Part shown: in pieces, positions 25,756-38,703 of the stretch | Layout: each line of letters starts with the position of its first letter | How positions within the stretch are numbered: position 1 is the first letter of the stretch | Origin: Cetorhinus maximus | Lineage: Eukaryota | Assembly: GCF_964194155.1 (NCBI RefSeq) | Contig: NC_135906.1 | Location: forward strand, 14,446,001-14,510,000 | Direction: 5' to 3' | Length of the DNA stretch: 64,000 nucleotides | Notes under the pieces: model-generated | The model's database searches: none | The model's input: the letters and a program-made list of their open reading frames with translations, nothing else | Told to the model about the DNA's origin: nothing | Position numbers and translations under genes: made by a program

Positions 25756-28700
25756 AATTGGCATAAATATAATTTCTTCCATCTTCTAAAAATAACACTG
25801 AATACAGATGTGATTTTTCCCAGCACCAACCAGTCAGCCTCCTGCATCTTGCTGAAATGCCCATTTTTAAGCCAGCTTAATTTTAACCTCAAGATCATCT
25901 GCTTCACAGCTGATCTAGCACTTTACGTAACAATCAGAATTAACCTTCAATTTCCAAACAGGCCATTTGTAGTGTCCCAACTTTACTGAGATCAGCCAGC
26001 TCAGATCATGGCGGGCAAAATGGACAGCAGCAAGCAACACTTTCTCCCCCCCCCCCGTGTCCATTTTATTCCCACTCCATGTACTGCAGGGATTAAATTC
26101 TTTGCTGGCATACAGTTCCATATGCTACTTTACCTAAATTCCATTATTGTGTTCAACCACAGAGCATCCCACCCTCATCCAATGTTGCACCTCCCAGCAA
26201 GGGGCAATGGATACATGGAACTCTGGAAAATTCACCCTCTTTGGAACCAGAGTGATGTTCCATTCACCGCCCTGGCTGTGATCAGCCAAAACCACGAGAC
26301 AATCTTGGGATCCAACTTTATACTTGTCAAGTAATTTTGTCATGTATCATAATGGAAGCCTCAATTTTTGCTATGCCCAGGAACAAACTAATACATTGTT
26401 TTAGAGAAGTGTGTAAAGGTTCTATAAACACCGCACTATGATCTATTATTGTAGCAGCAGCAATCCAAGTATGAGAAAGCTGTTCATTAACCTTCAATCC
26501 AGGAAACCTATTTTCATCCTTTTTGTTAAAGTGATTTGCCAGCAGTATCTCAGCCCACCTTGGCTAGGACTGTTAATGTACAACCTTATGACTGTTAAGA
26601 CAATTCAATCACAGTTGACCACAAAGATGACCTCCATTTCAACCTACACGTTCCACAATCAGGAATGGAAGCAGAGACTATTATTGCTCTGTCCAATGTG
26701 CAAACAATGACTAAATTTGTAGCTGTCTCCTGGAGAGATTTAGTTTGTTACAAACCCATAAATATATACCAGATAGTAGCTGCCTGAATCTTCCTGGTCT
26801 TACAGGTTCATTGTCCCAACCCCTGGTGCACTTGTTACCCTACATTGGGGCACTAAAAACCCATTTTCATTTCCACTTCCCTCAGATTCATCTAAAAAGA
26901 CATCAGGTTTCACTAGAATACAGTTCCACAAATGGTGGCAGCCCCTCGGGTATTCAATTCACAGGGAATGTCCTCAAACTATTCAACCATGGATGGCATC
27001 CCAGTGGAGACCAAACCCAATCACACCCAATATCAACTTAAGTGCTTCCTAATTATTATTAATCTGAATAGGTACTTCGCCCAGTGACACTCAAATAATT
27101 CCAGGAGTGACTTTGAGGTTAGACTGGCTGAGAGTCTACTTTTAGTTTAAAGTTGAATTGTCAACAGCTAACAGAATCAATACAGCACATGACTACCTAT
27201 TTGAGAGAAGGGGTAATGGAGAAAGGCTGGAAGAAAGTCTCCTCCCAGCCCATTAGTTGTATTTCAACATGTGGAGAAAATTTTAGATGGAACGTTGTCA
27301 TATTAAAGTACAAATCTGGCTCCACAAACTTCCGAATATCAAGTTGCAAGAACTTACCAGATCTTCACAGGGACATGAGCCACCACCACGCAACTGCTAC
27401 ACATATTCAGAAAGCTCGTTCAGAGTAGTAGAGAGAGTGGATCACCACCATTCCCAGTCATGACAGGACAGAGTAGACAAGGAAGGCTTGTATAGGCCAG
27501 GGATAAAAACTGTTCATGGTCACTAAATAGGTTTGTTGAGGAATGAATCTTAAATTCTGTACAATTGTTAGTACAGGAGCAAGTATTTTTTATTCATTCA
27601 TGAGATATGGGCATCACTGGCTAGGCCAGCATTTATTGTCCATCCCTAATTGCCCTGAAGAACATGTTGGTGAGCTGCCTTCTTGAACCACAGTAGTCAA
27701 TGTGGTGCAGGTACGCCCAGTGCTGTTAGGAAGTAAATTTTAAAAAATCAGAGCATTAACTGAAGTCAATATTCAGAATGATAGAAAGGCATTGGAAAAT
27801 ACGGAGTACCTGAACACATGATGTTATCACAACTGACAAGTTTCTAGGTGACAAGGGCATGGTGTTCTGGAAAGTCAGCTGGAATTACAAGTTACCATTT
27901 AAGAGCCTTGCTCAATTTGTCAGGGAGTCACAGGAATTTCCCCTTAGTCTTTCCTCCAAAATTGGCGTGGGGAGGGTTTAATATTGCACATGGTTAAAAG
28001 GTTGTCCATGATGTGGCAGACTTGGCCATTTTAAAATTTTCAGTTTTCATCAGCTTAGCACAGAAAAAGGATTTGGGACCTTCCTGGTCTACATGGCTTA
28101 GGCCCAAATCCCAATGCATTTTGGTTTGGTGACCTCTGAGGAAATAAGGATGAGTCTGTACAGTCTGAAGTATGAACTCCTGTAAATTTACATGTTTTAA
28201 TTACTGCTCTGTGTTTTGAAATCTTGCTCCTCACCCCCGTTAAGCCGAAATCTGCCCTGGACTAGTACATGAAAAGCAGCTGCTTGGGTAAGGTGCAATT
28301 ATCTGTGGATCTGCATTGCACACTAGAATATCTACATGAGCAATAAAATGGCAGATGGAGACCCTAGGAGGGTTAAATGCTTGTCATCTCAATTCAAGCT
28401 GTGACTTCCTGTGAGCAACAAGGAAGTTGATTAAGTAAGGAAATCCCTCACATCTGAGTCCCAAGAGACAAACTGTTTCCCCCTATCAGGCTGGATAGAT
28501 TGGAATTTAATCTGATCATAATTATATAAAATACTTAAAGAGGACTTGACAGGGTAGATGTTGAAAGGGTGTTTCCCCTGGTTGGTTGACCAGAACTAAG
28601 GATCATAGTCTCAGAATGAAGAGAAATTTCTTCAGTAACAAATCTGCTTCTCTAATTTAAAATCTGATTATCTTAGGCCTCTGCTTTTCCTCCTGATAAT

Positions 28701-29242
28701 TTTAAATAGTGCATAATCAAGTATAACATTGAGGTACCTGTCAAGTATAAAGGAAAGCTGATCACTTTTGACATACTAAACATTCTGGAGTCCTGCTGTA
28801 ACCATTTATACATCGTCTGGGTTTCTATATTACTGTCATTTCTCTCATTTTTCTTACTCTCTCTTCCCTTTGTCACAGCGTTATCATCTCATCTAATTAT
28901 TCCCTGACCTCCATCTAACCACAAGCTATTTCCCCCCGTCTCTGTATTCCTCTTTATCAGATGTTCATATACAAATCTCGTAGTTCTAATGAAAGAGCAG
29001 CCTGAAACATGAACTGTACCTTCCTCTCTCCACAGATGATACCCAACCTGCTGAGTGTTTCCAGTATTTTATTGAAAACAGGAGTGCTTGATTTACAAAA
29101 CCCGAAAGCTTCACAATTGACAATTGCAAAGACCAAAATATCCTTTTCATATAACTTCCACATTTTCACAACAACTAGTCCCAAAGAAGATCACTAGACA
29201 TGATCAATAGATTGCCACATTAGTCCGATTATAGAAAGAATG

Positions 29243-29248
29243 TTTATT
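29243..29248 (-). promoter_or_regulatory. Polyadenylation signal AATAAA of gene B
   Basis: tttatt on plus, about 245 nt downstream of the stop codon on the minus strand. Confidence 0.6.
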
Positions 29249-29493
29249 GTAAAATGTTTCACACAAAGGTTCAGGAGAGATTATGGTCTACATCATTGTG
29301 AAAAGCCATTCAGCACAGTACATAGGGAGCATTTACTAGACTCATGAAACAATCAGCTGGAACTCAAGTACAGCAATAACACAAATCTACTAGCAAGTCA
29401 AACAATGAGAAACGTTAAAACTAGTATAAGCTTTAGAGAATGACTGGGGAACATAATCATTTATCCACATCTTTTCAGGAAGTCACACTAAAG

Positions 29494-29973
29494 TTACTCT
29501 AACTCTGTGTCAAATGGTAGCGCATCATCCTCTCCTTCCAGAATCTTATCTTCATCAGCTTCAAATGGCTCTTCGGGGTCCTTGTTTTCATTTGCATCTT
29601 CCTCTCCTTCTCCCAAGTCTTCCATTTCAGCTTCAGGTTCTGCCTCTGCCTCCATTTCTTCATCCGCAGCATTAACTGCTTCCTCAGATCTATCTATTGC
29701 TTCTTCTCCTTCATCACCCCCAGCACCTTCTTCACCATCGCCACCTTCACCCTCTTCGGCACCTTCACCCTCTTCGGCACCTTCACCCTCTTCGGCACCT
29801 TCACCCTCTTCGGCACCTTCACCCTCTTCGGCACCTTCACCCTCTTCGGCACCTTCACCCTCTTTCTTCTCTCCATCATTGGCGCTTTCATTGAGCCCAT
29901 CACCCTCACCTTCCTGCATGCCAGCCTCTTCTTCATCCTTATCATCTGGATCATCAGTGAATGGTTTTTCACC
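29494..29973 (-). CDS. AKAP8L: AKAP8L-like gene B, last coding exon 13 (acidic tail, TAA stop)
   Basis: ccacag acceptor; GEKPFTDDP matches AKAP8L GENPFTDSP; E/D/G-rich to the stop at 29494-29496. Confidence 0.9.
   Translation of the reverse strand, partial: GEKPFTDDPDDKDEEEAGMQEGEGDGLNESANDGEKKEGEGAEEGEGAEEGEGAEEGEGAEEGEGAEEGEGAEEGEGGDGEEGAGGDEGEEAIDRSEEAVNAADEEMEAEAEPEAEMEDLGEGEEDANENKDPEEPFEADEDKILEGEDDALPFDTELE
29743..29864 (-). repeat. 18-bp coding tandem repeat (6 perfect copies plus 14 nt) encoding (EEGEGA)n
   Basis: unit accttcaccctcttcggc repeated without substitutions. Confidence 0.95.
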
Positions 29974-30600
29974 CTGTGGAGGAAAGAAATTTAACAAGCA
30001 GTATTAAATATGGGTGAGGGTTGACTAAAATTGACCATGATGAGATGTAACTCAGCAGTTAGGGTAAGGCTTACTTTGTCCTTTTATACGAGAACCTGAC
30101 TTTAACCCTGTTGATATCAAGGAAGTATGTGCGCAATTTTAGATGCAAATCCATATTCTAACATCAACCAAAGTTTGTGGTCAACAGAACAAAACATTTT
30201 CTCCTCACTTTAGAGCTGGTCTCATCCACATTTGGACCAAAGGTTCCTGTCTGCTAAGCTTTACAATTTTAAGTTAAATTTGTTTACACAATCCTGTTCA
30301 TAGCAAGTGTGACTCCAGAATTAAAAGCTGGCTACAAATTGAGTCGTCTGGAGCAGAAGAAACAAAAACGAGCAGTCTCTGAAAACAGAAAACTGATGTG
30401 TTAGGGGGAAGACTGTTCAAAGTTACGAGCTGTAGCCGAGTGTTTGGACAAGTCAAACAGCTTGGTTTCACATCAACCCTGTGCCAAACCTGACCTGGAA
30501 TGCTCGACAATGAAAAAAAAGTGTTCTTTTTCTTGGCACCAACATTCGTGACCAAACACAAAGTACCACCTTTAAGGAAACGAACATACTACATCCTTAC

Positions 30601-30696
30601 CTTGACATATTTCTCTAGCATTGTTGCAATATTGCTGTTATTCAGGATGCTCTTAGCAATAACTAGACTACCCTTTTTGGCTCTTTCGATAGCTGC
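30601..30696 (-). CDS. AKAP8L: gene B exon 12
   Basis: 96 nt, phase 0 to 0; AAIERAKKGSLVIAKSILNNSNIATMLEKYVK; taccag acceptor and gtaagg donor. Confidence 0.9.
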
Positions 30697-31493
30697 CTGG
30701 TAAGGGAAGAAACAGTAGCAAGTTAACACCGTTAAAGTGGGATTTCACGGATTATGCATCTTTTGTTGAGTTCAATATCTTAGACATAGTATCAAATCCA
30801 TATTTATCCAGAAATATTTTTAATAGTTTAAAATCAAAAGATCGACAAAAGTACAAATGTGCATGCATGGAGTAAAGGGAGAAGATAAACCCGCATCCAT
30901 AATGTACACAATGATTATTTACCTCTGTCCAGTTATCCATTCCCTACCTCATATCTGGCATGCCTCCCCACCCCTGCCAATACCCAGTCTCCCGTACTGG
31001 TCTCTTGATGACAGCATGGGATGTGGGGAAGGGGTGCGCAGGGGAAGAGATGGCCTGTGAAATGGTAAACTGGGATGGTACAGGAAGAAGGGGTGGGGAT
31101 GATATGCGAAGGAACAACATCTGGAAGTTCCCCTCCAAGCCACTCACCATCCTGGCTTGGATATATATAGTCATTCCTTCGCTGTCGCTGGGTCAAAATC
31201 CTGGAACTCCCTCCTGAACGGGACTTTGGTGTACCTACGCCACATGGACTGCACAATTCAAGAAGGCAACTCACCGCCACCTTCTCAAGAGCAATTAAGG
31301 ATGAGCAGTAAGTGCTGGCCCAACCAGCAATGCCCAAATCCCATGTGTGAATTTTTAAAAAGTGGCATGATGGGAAGGATGGAGTAGCATGGGATGGTGC
31401 GTTAAAGTACCGCCGTTGCAAATGGTTTTGCTGGTCTCTGCTAGTTTTATATACGCCAAGATTTTACTGTTTTGAAGCAGTTCCATCACTTAC

Positions 31494-31624
31494 TTTGCGG
31501 TTTCTGTTGTGCTCAGCTGACCTTAAGTGCTGCCCAATGAAGCCAGTCTGCATAGGGATGAACAACTCACAAGCCATACAATGAGCTGCCTCCACCTTTT
31601 TCATGCATTGTTCCATACCAATAC
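31494..31624 (-). CDS. AKAP8L: gene B exon 11 (second AKAP95-type zinc finger)
   Basis: 131 nt; KKVEAAHCMACELFIPMQTGFIGQHLRSAEHNRNRK versus AKAP8L KKVEAAHCAACDLFIPMQ...HNRNRR. Confidence 0.92.
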
Positions 31625-32420
31625 CTACAGCAGAATAAATGGCCCATGTTAGAGAAACAAAATTAATTTGGATTCAAGTCTGCAGAAATTCAAAAGTTAA
31701 ACGAGAGAAGAAACCCATTAGTCAAAGGTAGCCTTACTGTGACCACTCTATAAAAACCAACTGACACACAATAACTCTTGGTTGGTCCAGCTTCTGTAGA
31801 TGCTCTGCAAACAACATTATGTATAATCTAAGCATAATTCACAGCAGTAAATGAACAGTCAATGCCTCTCCTACATGCAAAGCATGAACATAAAATAGGA
31901 GCATGAAATCTGCCCAGCATTCACAGATTCTATCCACACCAATACTTCATAATTACAACTGGCACAGTGGTTTACCACATTTAATACCCAAATTCACACA
32001 GATGTAATCCTTAAAGACTTAGCTTAATCTGCTTTACATTATTTCACTGAACTTCATGTCTGCACAGAGTATTTCTAAGTCAACAATTTTGAGCTGAATT
32101 TGATAATCCAGATAAGGAACATCAATACTGTAGAATACCCTTTTCCCTCAAGTAATATATGGGTAAAGATTGGATAATACTGTCTTTGCCTCTGTTCAAC
32201 ATCTGAAAAGCACATTAAGTGCATGTATTAGGTTTCATTTTCCACCTTCTCAGACTACCTCAAGAAAGACATTAGATAAAATCATTTCAGAAACAAAGTG
32301 TGATTAAAGTAAATTGCAACAAATTCATTTTACACAGCTACATGTGTATAAGTTATTTACAGAAAAAATTCTTACAAGTGAATACGAATGGACATTAATC
32401 ATTTTTAGTTTCTGACATAC

Positions 32421-32526
32421 CCTGGAGTACATCGTGTTGCTGCATCAGCTGCTTTTTCAGAATAGTTTCATCTCCAATCTGCTCCCGGCGTTTCTGCGTT
32501 TTCTTGTTCTTGTTTGAGATGTATTC
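32421..32526 (-). CDS. AKAP8L: gene B exon 10
   Basis: 106 nt, phase 0 to 1; EYISNKNKKTQKRREQIGDETILKKQLMQQHDVLQ; length fits the AKAP8L inter-finger segment better than the shorter AKAP8 one. Confidence 0.9.
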
Positions 32527-33703
32527 CTGAAACAAAATTCAGAGATCATTGCTGCACACAGGAGCTTAAAGTCAACCTGGCTCCCCAGTTACCCAGTGGT
32601 TAATTGAATTATCAGTGATGTGTTCAAACCAGGTAGCTAACAGATATGATTGCTAGTCTGTGCTGATCATTGTCGCAACTGGCCAGAGCCAAGTGTCAAA
32701 ATTCACATTTCTGCTGAATAACTAGTGATTCCCACTGAAAGTGTGCACATGCAAACAGACTATGCTCAAGTGTGATGCCTTACAGTTGCAAAGCCCATAG
32801 AAATTACACCACGAACATAGAATGGCTACTTTGGTCAGGTATAAAAGGACTGCCAACCATTGATGGAACCAAACTATACTTCACGGAGTTCAAGAAAAAG
32901 ATGCTTAAAGCTTGTTGATTATTTATCCTTCATCATGTACCGATAACAAAATACAAACCAGTTTGCTTTAAAAACATGAAAGTAATATGTTCTCATTGGA
33001 TCGGATGAAGGTTATGAAATATTGGTTTTGAGAATTCATGGTTTTGAACTCCCGCATACTCCCAGAAATTTATTATTCTCCATTTATTTTTTGTTTCACA
33101 CATGACTAACTTTCATCTGAAGTTATGGGAAGTTGTACAGCTGCCAAACAATCAATCAAATTTCTCCTGCTTTGAAAGGAAATAGCGAAGCTCCAATAGC
33201 TTAAGCCAATGAATTATTACCAATGCTTCAAGCGGGCCAAAAAGTTATATGTTTGATCCTTGGTCGGGGTACGGTTAATCATCGGCTAGAGTGGAATAGA
33301 TTAGAGGGAACCAATAGTCAGTGTTTCTGCTTTCAATTACTGTGCAATAATGTATGTTGATAAAGCCACTTTAGGAGAGGCATGAAGAAAACCAAAATGA
33401 GGAAAAAACAAAGAAACTTGTTACTACACACCGTTGGTTGCAATATTAGAGCATGGCGTCATGTGTTTTTGGTCCATTGGCCAGAGATCATAACATGGAG
33501 CTCCCCAGGTAGACATATTCATTAATTTTCATATATTTTAAGCTGTTGAGACCAACTGCCTCAGTGTTCTGCTTTAGAATTTATTCACCAATGAAGCAAC
33601 AGCACCAAACCTCCAATCGACATTTCAAACATGACAAACCCTAGGCTGCAGTTCAGCTATCCAGCACAAGAATGAAGACTTTAAAAGGCAGCAATATACA
33701 TAC

Positions 33704-33845
33704 ATCCAAGAAGTCAGCAGTCTGAGCTTTGAGTTTGGTCCCAATGAATTTCAGAGTTTCCTTGTGAAACTTGCTCTTCATGTGAGCAGCAATCTCCTCA
33801 TCTTCAAATGTACGGAACTTACACACTGAGCAGGCATATGTTATC
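33704..33845 (-). CDS. AKAP8L: gene B exon 9 (first AKAP95-type zinc finger)
   Basis: 142 nt; [48 protein letters not shown]; ttgcag acceptor and gtatgt donor. Confidence 0.93.
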
Positions 33846-33914
33846 CTGCAAACAAACAAAACAGGATTAACACAAGAAATCATCCAGCACTGAGGACAGT
33901 AATGAAATTATAAA

Positions 33915-36900
33915 GCGATGGCACGTGGTATTGTTGCTGGACTTGTAATCCAGAGACCCAGGGTAATGCTCTGGAGACCTGGGTTCGAATCCCGCCATGG
34001 CAGATGGTGGAACTTGAATTCAACAAAAATCTGGAATTAAAAAAGTTTAATGATGACCTGAAACCATTGTCGATTGATGTAAAAACCCACCTGGTTCACT
34101 AATGTTCTTCAGGGAAGGAAATCTGTCGTCCTTACCTAGTCTGGCCTACATGTGACTCCAGACCCACAGCAATGTGGTTGACTCTTAAATGCCCTCTGAA
34201 ATGGCCGAGCAAGCCACTCAGTTGTAAGAAACCACTACAAAGACACAAAGGAATGAAACCGGACAGATCACCCGGCATTGGAAATGGCAATCGCAGCCCT
34301 ATCAACCCTACCAAGTCCTCCTTACAAACATCTGTCCGAGTGCCAAAACTGGAAGAGCTGCCTCACAGACTAGTCAAGCAACAGCTAGACATAGTCATCC
34401 TCATGGAATCATACCTTATAGATAATGTCCCAGACTCCACCATCCGGCAGGACAGATCCAGCAGAGGTGGCAGCACTGTAGTATACAGTCGGGAGGGAGT
34501 TGCCCTGGGAGTCCTCAACATCGACTCCGGACCCCATGAAGTCTCATGGCATCGGGTCAAACATGGGCAAGGAAAGCCCTGCTGATTACCACTTACCTCC
34601 CTCCCTCAGCTGATGATTCAGTGCTCCTCCATGTTGAACATCATTTGGAGGGAGCACTGAAGGCGGCAAGGGTGCAGAACGTACTTTGGGTGGGGGACTT
34701 CAATGTCCATCACCAAGAGTGGCACAGTGGCACCACTACTGGCCAAGCTGACCGAGTCCTAAATGACATAGCTGCTAGACTGGGTCTATGGCAGGTGGTG
34801 AGGGAACCAACAGGGGGGGAAAACATACTTGACCTCACCCTCACCAACCTGCCTACTGCAGATGCATCTGTCCATGACAGTATCGGTAGGAGTGACCATC
34901 ACACAGTCATTGTGGAGACGAAGTCCTGCCTTCACATTGAGGATACCACTCGTGTTGTGTGGCACTACCACCGTGCTAAATGGGATAGATTTCAAACAGA
35001 TCTAGCAACTCAAGACTGGGCATCCATGAGGCTCTGTGGGCCATCAGCAGCAGAATTGTACTCAAACACAATCTGTAACCTCATGGCCCGGCATATCCCC
35101 GACTCTACCATTTCCATCAAGCCAGGGGATCAACCCTGGTTCAATGAAGAGTGCAAGAGGGCATGACGGGAGCAGCACCAGGCATACCTAAAAATGAGGT
35201 GTCAACCTGGTGAAACTATAAAACAGGACTATTTGTGTGCCAAACAGCATAGGCAGCAAGTGATAGACAGAGCTAAGCATTCCCACAACAAACAGATCAG
35301 ATCTAAGCTCTGCAGTCCTGTCACATCCAGTCGTGAATGGTGGTGAAGAATTAAGCAACTCACTGGAGTTGTTGGCTCCACAAATATCCCCATCCTCAAT
35401 GATGGAGGAGCCCGGCACAGCAGTGCAAAAGGTAAGGCTGAAGCATTGAGTGGATGATCCATCTCGGCCTCCTCCTGAGGTCCCAGCATCACAGATGCCA
35501 GTCTTAAGCCAATTTGATTCACTCCACTTGATATCAAGAAACGGCTGAAGGCAACTGGATACTGCAAAGGCTATGGGCCCTGACAACATTCCGGCAATAG
35601 TACTGAAGACTTGTGCTCCAGAACTTGCCTTGCTCCTAGCCAAGCTGTTCCAGTACAGCTGCAACGCTGGCATCTACCCAGCTATGTGGAAAATTGCCCA
35701 GGTATGTCCTGTACATAAAAAGCAGGACAGATCCAAACCAGCCAATTACCACCCCATCAGTCTACTCTCAATCATCAGTAAAGTAATGGAAGGGGTCATC
35801 AACAGTGCTATCAAGCGGCACTTGCTCAGCAATAACCTGCTCACTGACGCTCAGTTTGGGTTCCGCCAGGGCCACTCAGCTCCTGACCTCGTTACAGCCT
35901 TGGATCAAACACAAGTAAAAGAGCTGAACTCCCGAGGCGAGGTGAGAGTGACTACCTTTGACATCAAGGCAGTATTTGACCGAGTGTGGCATCAAGGAGC
36001 CCCAGCAAAACTGGAATCAATGGGAAAACTCTCTGATGGTTGGAGTCATACCTAGCACAAAGGAAGGTGGTTGTGGTTGTTGGAGGTCAGTCATCTCGGC
36101 TCCAGGACACCACTGCAGGAGTTCCTCAGGATAGTGTCCTTGGCTCAACCATCTTAACTGCTTCATCAATGACCTTCCTTCCATCATAGGGTCAGAAGTT
36201 CACTGATGATTGCACAATGTTCAGCACCATTCACAACTCCTCAGGTACCGAAGCAGTCCATGTCCAAATGCAGCAGGACCTGGACAATATCCAGGCTTGG
36301 GCTGACAAGTGGCAAATAACATTCAAGCCACACAAGTGTCAGGCAATGACCATCTCCAACAAGAGACAATCCAACCATCGCCCCTTGATGTTCAATGGCA
36401 TTACCATCACTAAATCCCCCACTATCAACATCCTGGGAGGGTTACCATTGACCAGAAACTGAACTGGACTAGCCATATTACTACTGTGGCTATAAGAGCA
36501 GGACAGAGGCTAGGAATCGTATGACGAGTAACTCACCTCCTGACCCCCCAAAGCCTGTCCACCATCTACAAGGCACAAGTCAGGAATGTGATGGAATACT
36601 CCCCACTTGCCTGGATAACTGCAGCTCCCACAACACTGAAGAAGCTGGACACCGTCCAGGACAAAGCAGTCTGCTTGATTGGCACCACATCCACAAACAT
36701 TCACTCCCTTCACCCCCGACGCACAGTTGCAGCAGTGTACACCATCCACAAGATGCACTGCAGGAATTCACGAAGGCTCCTTAGACAGCACCTTCCAAAC
36801 TCACGACCACTACCACCTAGAAGGACAAGGGCAGCAGACAGATGGGAACACCACCACCTGGAAGTTCCCCTCCATGTCACTAACCATCCTGACTTGGAAA

Positions 36901-37086
36901 TATATCGCCGTTCCTTCTGTTGCTGGGTCAAAATCCTGGAACTTCCTTCCTAACAGCACTGTGGGTGTACCTGCACCACATGGACTGCAGTGGTTCAAGA
37001 AGGCAGCTTGCCACCATCTTCAAGGGCAACTAGGGATGGGCAATAAATGCTGGCCCAGCCAGCGAAGCCCACATGCCATAAAAAAT
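33915..37086 (+). mobile_element. Near full-length LINE (endonuclease plus RT, decayed) with tRNA-like 5' head, antisense in gene B intron 8
   Basis: A box about 33919-33930, B box ggttcgaatcc at 33982-33992; DIVILMESYL, VGDFNVHH, SDH, GPDNIP, FDRVWH, FTDD motifs; 3' tail ending cacatgccataaaaaa. Confidence 0.85.
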
Positions 37087-37629
37087 ATTTACACTTCCAT
37101 AGATATTAGCCAACCATTTTAAAGTATTTAAAAACGCAAATGAAATTACACTGCCAATACCAAGACTCGAATGCAAGATCCAGAAGTAATTGTACATTGC
37201 TTATTTTATGGCAATGTTATTCTGAAGTAGATGAAGTGTCAAAATTGAATACCTTGGACTGGTGCCCAAATTCTACATGCAAAGGCACTGCCAGCCTCTC
37301 TTCCAAAAAGGTGAAACCATGGGAGGTGGAGTTACCACCTCCCCCCCAGCTTTAAGTGAAGCAGTTCTATAAACACTGGAGTTTACAGAATTGTTAACTC
37401 CTACAACAGGATGGCACAACCACACATCCAATTCTTCCTCAGTAATGCAGCAAGGGCAGACACAAGCTGAAAAGAGTTGTACACCATTAACAGTCAGTCC
37501 CCATCTTTTCCTAAGCACGCTACACAGAAACTTAGCTTACAGCACTGCACACTTTTAGAACACGCAGATTGTAAAATGGATCAACAAGACATTCTGAACT
37601 CTGGCCAAAATACTAGTAGGCGTCAGTAC

Positions 37630-37696
37630 CTCTCTGCGAGGCGGTCACGGTTCTTCTTGGGTTTGCCAGTCTTCTTCTTCTCTTGCATAGTGGGAA
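37630..37696 (-). CDS. AKAP8L: gene B exon 8
   Basis: 67 nt, phase 1 to 2; FPTMQEKKKTGKPKKNRDRLAE(R), comparable to AKAP8L QRDRMVER. Confidence 0.85.
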
Positions 37697-38651
37697 CTAT
37701 TTGAAATTAAAAAAGGATAAATTGACAATTATAGATAGGAAATTGGGAAGTATGCTTTGTACTGATAAGACTATTAGCACAAACTGCAGATCCAGAAATA
37801 CAACATGATTTAAGAATGTTTTTATACTGCATGATAGGGTGTTATGTTTCTACAACCAAGAAAAACTAATGCCGAATATTAAAACACATGCAGTATGAAG
37901 TTATCACATGTTTAGATAAATGTATATTGTTAAATTGACATGCAAGCCAGGTGTATGTTGCTAAGGCTGTGAATAGTCTCATTTAGTCTGACAGTAACAT
38001 GAAAAGGGATGGAATCTGGCTGCAGAGCAGTTTGTGGTGGAGACTGAAGACAATGGCTTTAGCATTTACAGTGTTTAATTGAAGGAAATTTCAGCTCATC
38101 CACAACTAGGTGTTGGACAAGCAGTTTGACAACACAGGAGACAAAAGCTGAAATGGTTTTCTTTTGGTACTGACGGACGCAGAGAACAACATGCCCAGCG
38201 TCACTGCATCATTTACTATCAGGGAAATCCTTGGGAGCCTCCAGAGGGAATGATGCAGAGACAAAAAGAGGGATTACAGCTGAGCTCTTGCCCTCTTTCC
38301 CCAGTCCTTACTTGAAATTTGCCCAAGCGCAGGAATTCCAACCAGTTTTCTCCTGCCTACTCCAAGCATGCCTCTACTGAGAAGAACTAACTGAGCAGAG
38401 ATTAGGAATCAAACTTAGGATCCTCACTCATTAAAATTTATTCAGCCACCAGGAAAGCCCAGATAATTTCAGTTTTGGAGGGTAAGTGAAGAAGGGAGTG
38501 AATAGCAAGAGTATGACAAATCAATATTCAAACACAAAAACACAGGTGGGCATCTTCGTATTTATGCATTGCACATCTCAACAGAAATCAGGCAGTTATG
38601 CATCATATTTAGAGAAATTACTGAACAAACAACCATTCCAGTCAAACTTAC

Positions 38652-38703
38652 AACGCTTTGGTTTCTTCTCTCCTTTCTCATTTGAATCCTTGTCCTCACC
38701 ACC
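38652..38703 (-). CDS. AKAP8L: gene B exon 7
   Basis: 52 nt, phase 0 to 1; GGEDKDSNEKGEKKPKR; tttcag acceptor and gtaagt donor; keeps frame between neighbours. Confidence 0.75.

Noticed and set aside
25760-28900. Possible additional gene between genes B and A
   Set aside because: Only short ORFs and decayed repeat fragments; no coherent exon chain or promoter seen
29743-29864. CRISPR-like array
   Set aside because: Head-to-tail repeats with no spacers, inside a eukaryotic exon
29507-30007. Plus-strand Ser/Pro-rich ORF and other frames over the 18-bp repeat
   Set aside because: Shadow frames of the gene B acidic exon
33915-34000. Possible tRNA gene
   Set aside because: Has A/B boxes but an extra segment between the arms, no proper acceptor stem, and continues into a retroelement; it is a retroposon head
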